A stretch of 40,777 nt of DNA, from NCBI GenBank assembly GCA_964438445.1, contig CAYTLV010000001.1, positions 22,763 through 63,539 on the forward strand, written 5' to 3'. The notes under the pieces are model-generated. The model saw only the letters and a program-made list of their open reading frames with translations, had not been told where the DNA came from and did no database searches. Shown piece after piece: positions 34,374-40,777 of this stretch. The first letter of the stretch is position 1. The number at the start of each line of letters is the position of its first letter. Source of the DNA: an uncultured bacterium (GTDB taxonomy: Bacteria > Fidelibacterota > Fidelibacteria > Fidelibacterales > Fidelibacteraceae). Position numbers and translations under genes: made by a program.

Positions 34374-37300
34374 TCAATAATATTCCAGAATTTGTTTCTT
34401 CTGAACGATCATGACTTTCAAGATCTTCTGTACACCTGTTACACCATCAATTACTACATCAGGCATATCGATATGCGCAATGTACATACCACTACCAACA
34501 GGGATGTCTGACTCATTGGCCAAAGTCCACTTTTCGAACTGACCACTCACGTGCTCAATTGTTTTAACCAATACACCAGCAAGATTGAATATCTTGATGG
34601 TTGCCGTTGTCGGCAGGTGTGTAAAGGTTACATACTGATCATAAGGCGTCGTTGCCAGTTCGTTGTATGCGTAGTATGGATTCGGGAATACATTGATCTT
34701 ATCAAGTGCAAGTGTCATCAATGAATCGCTTGTTTCCGGAGCATAATCAGCAGTTGAGAATGCAAATACATCTTGGTTGGCAACATTTACATTAGAAGCA
34801 AAAATTTCTATTTCAAATTCTTCTTCTACATAATACCAGCCACCTCTGTCAACTGGTGAAATATTATACAACACAGGCCAAGCAAAGCAATCGTCTGAAC
34901 TGCCTCCCGGCAAATAATCGGTATATGTTGCATCATAATCATCATTGAGAAAGTAAATATACTCATATCCACCTGCAGCAGCATAAATTGAATCCACAGG
35001 ATTATATCCCATATCCCAAATATTATTTTGGCCGGGAGTTCCTGTGTCTTCCAAAAATGCTATTTTCAGTCTGCGTGGAGGAATGCTTTCAGTATCATAA
35101 GCTGCTATTGGAATGTCTGCCAGAGAAGTACCCCAGTTACCCCAACCGTCAATGCTAACAGCCTTAGACCATCTATCTGGACTCGAAAGCTTACTATTTG
35201 CCATTTTTTCCGCCATTGTAGCTACACTACCCTTGACAGTATCTCCGGCAAAATACAGTTTCACATCCATGTAGTCTAAACCTGATGTTAATGTAGTTCC
35301 AAGATGTTGATTTCCATTACCTAAACCACCCCAGAGACCAATCCATCCTTTATCTCTACCTGAAATCCAACGACCACCGTCAAAATCCCAACCAGCAAGA
35401 TAAGCATCATCGTAACTGGCATAAGCGGGACCATAATTTGTGCTGTAGAAATCGCCGTGTTTGTTTGGATTGATACCCACAGGTGGACCTGAAACTCTGA
35501 TACCTAAACCATCAACGAGAGTTGTTGCTTCAAGATCTTCCAAAGTTCCAAGAACTTTTTGACCTGTTACAGCAACCGTATCAAGATCAAGATCGGTCAA
35601 TGCCCATTGTGTTTCCGAACTATCAGTATTGAAAACAAAACTGATCTCATAATCGTGACCTGTTACAGCCACGGGATCAATCACAACGAGTTGGATCTGA
35701 CCATCGCTAATACCTACTGTATGCGTTGTTGGAATCGCCATATCAGGAGCAACTGTAGCTGTACCCGGTAGTGATTCTTGAAGTGTAGCTGCCAATGCAA
35801 TCAAAGAAGATTCTTGAGCTTGTTCAGACAAGCGTCCGGGGTCTAAATTTTGATTGTATGCAGTTACGGCAAAATAATAAGTTTTACCTTCATACAGAGG
35901 TTTTCCATCAATATAATCCCAATCTATGGTTAAGAAACGTTCAATTCCCGAATCAGAGCCATAAACGATCGGAACGCTTACGGGGCTACCTTCATATTCA
36001 TCGGGGGTGCGTGTTTCGTAAATCATTCTAATACCATTAACGATATCAAAAGTTGCAAGTCGAATAGCTTGATCTTTCGTTGCAGTAGCATGAGGTAACT
36101 GATAAACGTTATATCCTTCAAATACATATCCGGATACTACAGTTTCTTCGACCTGAGCTACACTTTCCTGGTCTGATCCCCATTCAAGAATAAGAGTATT
36201 TTCTTGAGGACGAACCGTAACATTCGGTGAAGCCGGAGGTTTCGGAACTTCAAGGAACAAACCATTAAACAAGGTCTGTGCTACAGCATCCGTAAGTTTA
36301 AGGTCTGCGACTGAACCGATATTGTCTGCACCTAAACCACCAAGAATAGCCACAACGACTTCTTGTGATTCGCCCGGGGCGAAAGTAAATGGACCGGATG
36401 ACAAACACATGCGGCGGTCACCGGGTGTAAAGTAGCTTTCTGTACCATCAACTTCGAGTGCTCCGGGAATAGTAGGATCTCCATAAAGCGGAAACTTTGT
36501 TGTTGCTGCACCGGCTACGTTACCAAGAGTCCAAGGAGAAGGAGCATCCACGTCTTCAGTCGGTTTGAAACCCCTGAGCAGGTTATAGAACTCAAGAGTA
36601 CCGACATAGTCGCCAAGTTCCGGATCTTCAATAGCGGAACCCGCTGCAAACCAACCGAATGAAGTCATAGGAAGGTTTTCGTGATCCAAAACATATTCGA
36701 GTCCACTAATAGCAGTGTCGCCGACACTGGCTATCATAGGGCCCTGGAAAAAGTCATAACCGAAAGCGGGGGGTGCGAGGCCAAAGACATCGTAATCGGC
36801 ATCGGTAGCTTCACCATTGTAGGAATAGCCCATACTTAATGTCGTGTCACAACCTGCATAGTCATTGGCTGCAGAACCCAGATCGGGGTCAGCCCACATG
36901 GATACATATACATCGGTCATGGTGGTATTTGATTTGTTGATCAGTTTGTTGGATCGGAAAATGATCTGTCCCAAACGAACACCGGCCTGATTGTAAGCCC
37001 AGAGAGTCGTCTGTAGCTCGACACCAATAGGTTGTGAGCCGTAAAGACTGGTTGTTACGGTTGCGCTATAGTCGTTTACTACATACCACAACACCTGATC
37101 TGCCTGAGCGATACCAGGTGTTTCACCGATATCGGGGTCGTAAACACCGTCATCATTAAGATCATAAAATGGAGCACCCCATGCTGTTGGCCATTCTTCC
37201 CAATCTAATGCATATTGATCCATTATGTCTTGGGTCATGGCTTCGGTAACACTGCTGGCTGAAGTTTCATTCAGCTCTGCAGCATCCGCGATAAGCATAG

Positions 37301-37745
37301 CGTGATTCAGGCTTAAATAATCGGTGCGAATACGGTAAACGCGAACGAGTGGGTCCGCAGCACTGGCAATCTCATAAGTTCCATCTTCGTAATTTCCGCC
37401 GGTAATAACACGGCCTGGTTGTGTTCCGATATTATAGGTTTGTCCACCAACACGAATTTCTTCGCTTGTGCCGTATTTACCACCCCAAATAAAACCATCC
37501 TGATAGATAGCGCCGGCTGTACCGCGAGGATAAATACCTCCGGAACTTCCATTCGGCTGTTGAGCGGTTTTACCATTGTAATAAACCCAGTAACCCCAGT
37601 TTGAAATATTCGACATCGTCCGGGTTACCTGGCCGGCTGTCGTTGCCGCTGTTTTCGCTAACGGTTGGCCATCCAATGGCTTGGCCACCAATCCCACAGC
37701 GAAGAGTAACGCGACAATGGTTACTATTGTAATTATTTTCTTCAT
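34374..37745 (-). CDS. ~1120-aa secreted protein of unrecognised family with FN3-like middle region and divergent T9SS-like CTD (cassette A)
   Basis: The track start 37775 is TTG. AAGGAG at 37757-37752 sits 3 or 6 nt before ATG 37748 or ATG 37745, giving the signal peptide M(M)KKIITIVTIVALLFAVGLVA. Landmarks RRMCLSSGPFTFAPGESQEVVVAILGG, then LILEWGSD...FEGYNVYQLP...YYFAVTAYN. C-terminus VFPNPYY + insert + VTFTHLPTTATIKIFNLAGV...GMYIAHID...KVMIVQKKQILEYY. Confidence 0.8.
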   Translation of the reverse strand: MKKIITIVTIVALLFAVGLVAKPLDGQPLAKTAATTAGQVTRTMSNISNWGYWVYYNGKTAQQPNGSSGGIYPRGTAGAIYQDGFIWGGKYGTSEEIRVGGQTYNIGTQPGRVITGGNYEDGTYEIASAADPLVRVYRIRTDYLSLNHAMLIADAAELNETSASSVTEAMTQDIMDQYALDWEEWPTAWGAPFYDLNDDGVYDPDIGETPGIAQADQVLWYVVNDYSATVTTSLYGSQPIGVELQTTLWAYNQAGVRLGQIIFRSNKLINKSNTTMTDVYVSMWADPDLGSAANDYAGCDTTLSMGYSYNGEATDADYDVFGLAPPAFGYDFFQGPMIASVGDTAISGLEYVLDHENLPMTSFGWFAAGSAIEDPELGDYVGTLEFYNLLRGFKPTEDVDAPSPWTLGNVAGAATTKFPLYGDPTIPGALEVDGTESYFTPGDRRMCLSSGPFTFAPGESQEVVVAILGGLGADNIGSVADLKLTDAVAQTLFNGLFLEVPKPPASPNVTVRPQENTLILEWGSDQESVAQVEETVVSGYVFEGYNVYQLPHATATKDQAIRLATFDIVNGIRMIYETRTPDEYEGSPVSVPIVYGSDSGIERFLTIDWDYIDGKPLYEGKTYYFAVTAYNQNLDPGRLSEQAQESSLIALAATLQESLPGTATVAPDMAIPTTHTVGISDGQIQLVVIDPVAVTGHDYEISFVFNTDSSETQWALTDLDLDTVAVTGQKVLGTLEDLEATTLVDGLGIRVSGPPVGINPNKHGDFYSTNYGPAYASYDDAYLAGWDFDGGRWISGRDKGWIGLWGGLGNGNQHLGTTLTSGLDYMDVKLYFAGDTVKGSVATMAEKMANSKLSSPDRWSKAVSIDGWGNWGTSLADIPIAAYDTESIPPRRLKIAFLEDTGTPGQNNIWDMGYNPVDSIYAAAGGYEYIYFLNDDYDATYTDYLPGGSSDDCFAWPVLYNISPVDRGGWYYVEEEFEIEIFASNVNVANQDVFAFSTADYAPETSDSLMTLALDKINVFPNPYYAYNELATTPYDQYVTFTHLPTTATIKIFNLAGVLVKTIEHVSGQFEKWTLANESDIPVGSGMYIAHIDMPDVVIDGVTGVQKILKVMIVQKKQILEYY

Positions 37746-37777
37746 CATTATCTCCTTAACTATACGTTTCATCAATG

Positions 37778-40777
37778 TTAGAATGATAAGCGAACGCCAA
37801 AGGTAATCTGACGGGGATTGCCAAATAGCTCTCTACTAATGCTATCCCAGTAAGCCTGACCATTGACCAAATTAATGGCTGTATACATATCTATATAATC
37901 TTGTCCACCATTATTTGCGATCGTAGTTGCTGAGCGAACAGGGTCGGTCAGGAAACCATCGTCTTCCGCGTTTCCGGTGAATTCATATACATTGACAATA
38001 TTCTTACGGTTAAAGAGGTTGGTAACCATAACAAATACATTGGCGTCCAAAGATCCGATCATAAAGGATTTGTCCAAACGAAGATCGGTAGTGAACTGCC
38101 AAGGTGTTGTTGAGGCACCAATAGGTTCCAATGCTATTCTATCACGGGTATCATCCATATAGTCGATACCTGCGGTATAGGGATCAGATTGACCACCGAC
38201 TTTTACATCAACAAATGTAAAGGGGTGACCACTTGAGAAACCAATCAAAAGGTTAGCGCCCATGTTTTCAAGCAGGAAGCCACCATCGTTATCACCGAAG
38301 CGATAATCGAGGTTGATCGATCCAGTATGCATCTGTGAAAAATCCAAAGGATTGATCGTAGACGGCATTTGGGTGTTCATATAAAGAGCACCATGAGCTG
38401 CCGTACTGTTAGATGCAGTACCTTCCGCCATAGTTAGAGTATAATTGATACTTCCTGCAAGACGGTTTGTACGGCGCATATTCATACGAACTTCAACACC
38501 TTTCTGTGTTGCAAAATCGCCATTTTCAAATCTGTCGTAATAACCCGGAATCGTTGATCCGGACGTAGGAAGCTGTTTAACCACTTCAACCAAGCCTTTT
38601 ACATTTTTGTAAAACGCTGTCAGGTCTAATGCAGCAAAATCTGTGATCTCGCGACGGAAACCAACTTCGTATGAAGTGGTGCGCAGCGGATCCAAACCAA
38701 ATCCAACCGGGTTCTGAAAATAGAAACCCTGGCGGACAATATGACGAGCATAAGTATAAGAAGAGAAATATGCTTCGTTCAATCGCGGCATCTGTACAAA
38801 CTGACCATAATTCAAATAGAAGACAGTTTTATCATCAATTGGGAAAGAGAAACCGATACGAGGACTTAAATTGATAGACGGTGCCTTATTTACCCATGCA
38901 GAATCCGCTAACATTGAGGTAGCAGGATCAACAGCCGGGTTGGCCGGGTCAACAAGTTCTCGGTCGTCTGTATCAAAATAATCAAATCTAAGACCGGCAT
39001 TGATGATAAGATCTTTATATTCGATCTTGTCCATTAAATAAGCTGCAAACTCAGTCGGATGTTTGGGACCATCAATATAGGTACCATCATCATAAACGGT
39101 TTGTGTTGTCGTTTTATTGCCAAATGCATCATAGCCATAAGCGTCAACACCTGCGTTTTGGATCCATTGAGCTATTGGAATAGAATCCAAATTACCATAC
39201 TGAGTATAACCGGAAACCGAACCGGGTTCGCCTGCATAGATCATAGCAGCAGGAGCAACACCGAAGTAGCGAATTGTATATTGTTTAATATCAGCACCTA
39301 TTTTAAGCTCGTGATGTTTATTGATTTGATTGACATAATCAATATTCAAGCCAACGTAGGTTTGTTCCTGATTCAGGTAAAAGTTTAAAGGTTCGCCATC
39401 GCGCTCAACAGGAAAACCATTAACAATATAATTGTATTGAGGTCTGTAGGCGTTACGGTAAGTTACTTCACCACCGGTATATTCGGAAACTGCTGTACTA
39501 TCCCACCATTTTTTCCAGTCGTTACCAAAATACGGATCATTCAATTCGCGTTGGTAGCGGAAATAACTGGCCTTCACATCAATATATGATGTGTTTGAGA
39601 ATAGTTTAGTAGCTTTTGCCGATATAAGTGTTGTGGGTGTAGTATAATAATAGGTTCTGTTGTTCATCGTGTTAAGCATAACCGGTGCATTGTATGAACG
39701 GTCATATTTTGTCCAGTCGTGCAACACATCAAAACGAAGGCGAATCGGAAGATCAATAGTGACTGATCCGTTAATCGCATAAGTTAAGTCTTTTGAACCT
39801 GTAGTAAATCCATCAGGATATACCATATTAACTGTATCAGCATTTGTGTCATCATTCGGATTGTTGTTGATCATATTCAGAAATTCGAACCCTTCGCTGA
39901 AACGAACTTCGGAATCCAGTTGTTGGTCATACTGTCCGGCAACAAAAAATTTAACTTTTTTGCCGATCGGGCCACCAAGAGTGGCGATCATGGAATTATG
40001 TCCATAATTATAAGTTCCAAGAACTTTTTGTCCGAGAGTTGGATCACGGAAACCGTCTGTACGGCCTTCAAATGATCCTGTTAATTTTGAGCTACCACTT
40101 TTGAGCTCAGTTTTCACGATACCTGCATTTGCATTTCCCATATCAGCGGTATAACCGCCGGCAAATACTTGAATTTCTTCAATAGCATCATGAATGATCG
40201 TCATTACGTTATTATTATTGGTCGGCAATGATGTTGACACACCACCTACTAAAAACTTAACTTCGTGAGGACGACCACCACGGATATGAACTTGTCCATC
40301 CTGGAGGACCACTCCAGCCATGCCAGCAATAATGTTCGCAACACCGCGAACAGGTACATTTTCAAGTTCATCTGATGTTGTCATGGAAACAGAGGATGTC
40401 ACAGATTTTTCGAACAATTTACGTTCTGCCACAACGGTCACTTCCTGACCCGCGATAACAGATCCTTCAAGTTCAAAATTCAACTCGGTCGTAACACTTG
40501 AAAGAACACGAACTTTTTGGATCGTGAGTTTCTTATGTGAAATGATCGATGCTGAAACATCATAGGCTCCAACCGGGACGTTCAAGATAATAAACGAACC
40601 GTCAGCATTCGCTGCCGCTCCGAGAACCGTTCCTTCTAGAAGAACATTGGCTCCCGCTAGGGGTTCATTTGTCTTGCCGTCCGTGACTACTCCCACAATC
40701 TTACCTGTAGCCTGCGCGAAAACGCACATAGGTAAAATCATAAGAATAGCTAATACGGCTACAACAAGCTTCTTCAT
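37778..40777 (-). CDS. TonB-dependent receptor-like outer-membrane protein with N-terminal CarboxypepD_reg domain (SusC/Oar-type; cassette A)
   Basis: The ATG is the last three bases of the window. Signal peptide MKKLVVAVLAILMILPMCVFAQA. GKIVGVVTDGKTNEPLAGANVLLEGT...GSFIILNVPVGAYDVSASIISH. Linker GQEVTVVAER. Plug VHIRGGRPHEVKFLVGG. C-terminal FGVRLSF. The promoter lies outside the window. Confidence 0.85.
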   Translation of the reverse strand: MKKLVVAVLAILMILPMCVFAQATGKIVGVVTDGKTNEPLAGANVLLEGTVLGAAANADGSFIILNVPVGAYDVSASIISHKKLTIQKVRVLSSVTTELNFELEGSVIAGQEVTVVAERKLFEKSVTSSVSMTTSDELENVPVRGVANIIAGMAGVVLQDGQVHIRGGRPHEVKFLVGGVSTSLPTNNNNVMTIIHDAIEEIQVFAGGYTADMGNANAGIVKTELKSGSSKLTGSFEGRTDGFRDPTLGQKVLGTYNYGHNSMIATLGGPIGKKVKFFVAGQYDQQLDSEVRFSEGFEFLNMINNNPNDDTNADTVNMVYPDGFTTGSKDLTYAINGSVTIDLPIRLRFDVLHDWTKYDRSYNAPVMLNTMNNRTYYYTTPTTLISAKATKLFSNTSYIDVKASYFRYQRELNDPYFGNDWKKWWDSTAVSEYTGGEVTYRNAYRPQYNYIVNGFPVERDGEPLNFYLNQEQTYVGLNIDYVNQINKHHELKIGADIKQYTIRYFGVAPAAMIYAGEPGSVSGYTQYGNLDSIPIAQWIQNAGVDAYGYDAFGNKTTTQTVYDDGTYIDGPKHPTEFAAYLMDKIEYKDLIINAGLRFDYFDTDDRELVDPANPAVDPATSMLADSAWVNKAPSINLSPRIGFSFPIDDKTVFYLNYGQFVQMPRLNEAYFSSYTYARHIVRQGFYFQNPVGFGLDPLRTTSYEVGFRREITDFAALDLTAFYKNVKGLVEVVKQLPTSGSTIPGYYDRFENGDFATQKGVEVRMNMRRTNRLAGSINYTLTMAEGTASNSTAAHGALYMNTQMPSTINPLDFSQMHTGSINLDYRFGDNDGGFLLENMGANLLIGFSSGHPFTFVDVKVGGQSDPYTAGIDYMDDTRDRIALEPIGASTTPWQFTTDLRLDKSFMIGSLDANVFVMVTNLFNRKNIVNVYEFTGNAEDDGFLTDPVRSATTIANNGGQDYIDMYTAINLVNGQAYWDSISRELFGNPRQITFGVRLSF

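Noticed and set aside
37746-37775. TTG/ATG-extended start of the cassette A giant protein (MMKRIVKEI-MMKK...)
   Set aside because: The AAGGAG at 37752-37757 lies inside the extension and serves the internal ATG pair. The signal peptide begins there. The longer form is not excluded.
22883-40777. Classical SusC/SusD polysaccharide utilisation locus
   Set aside because: The gene after each receptor is about 1100 aa, lacks a lipoprotein signal, shows no SusD/RagB-like helical pattern and ends in a Por-type CTD. No glycoside-hydrolase signature was recognisable by eye. The locus is PUL-like in logic only.

Overview
AT-rich bacterial window. Every gene except one is on the minus strand, and most genes carry a strong AAGGAG-type Shine-Dalgarno site. 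Positions 1-15.1 kb are a conserved housekeeping block: a partial membrane protein, cdaA, folP, ftsH, hpt, tilS, tyrS, smpB, rodA, mrdA, mreD, mreC, mreB, tRNA-Thr and tkt. Positions 15.1-40.8 kb are a cell-surface accessory region. It holds four secreted proteins with canonical type IX secretion (T9SS) C-terminal sorting domains: a 218-aa FN3-like protein, a 1128-aa S8 subtilase with an FG-GAP propeller, a 965-aa Asp-box protein and a 696-aa BNR/Asp-box protein. It also holds tRNA-Val and an Lrp/AsnC regulator. The main finding is a three-gene outer-membrane cassette present twice. Each copy runs CarboxypepD_reg/TonB-dependent receptor, then a ~1100-aa secreted protein of no family I recognise carrying a divergent CTD, then a PorV/PorQ-family beta-barrel. 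No SusD-like gene, T9SS core gene, transposase, integrase, CRISPR array or rRNA is visible. Non-coding items worth a look are a GC-rich structured segment flanked by a 12-nt direct repeat upstream of lrp, a cluster of three long perfect hairpins, two near-identical terminator modules, a perfect GC-rich hairpin abutting the receptor RBS, and two short tandem-repeat arrays. All family calls rest on motifs read by eye from the supplied translations. No database search was run.
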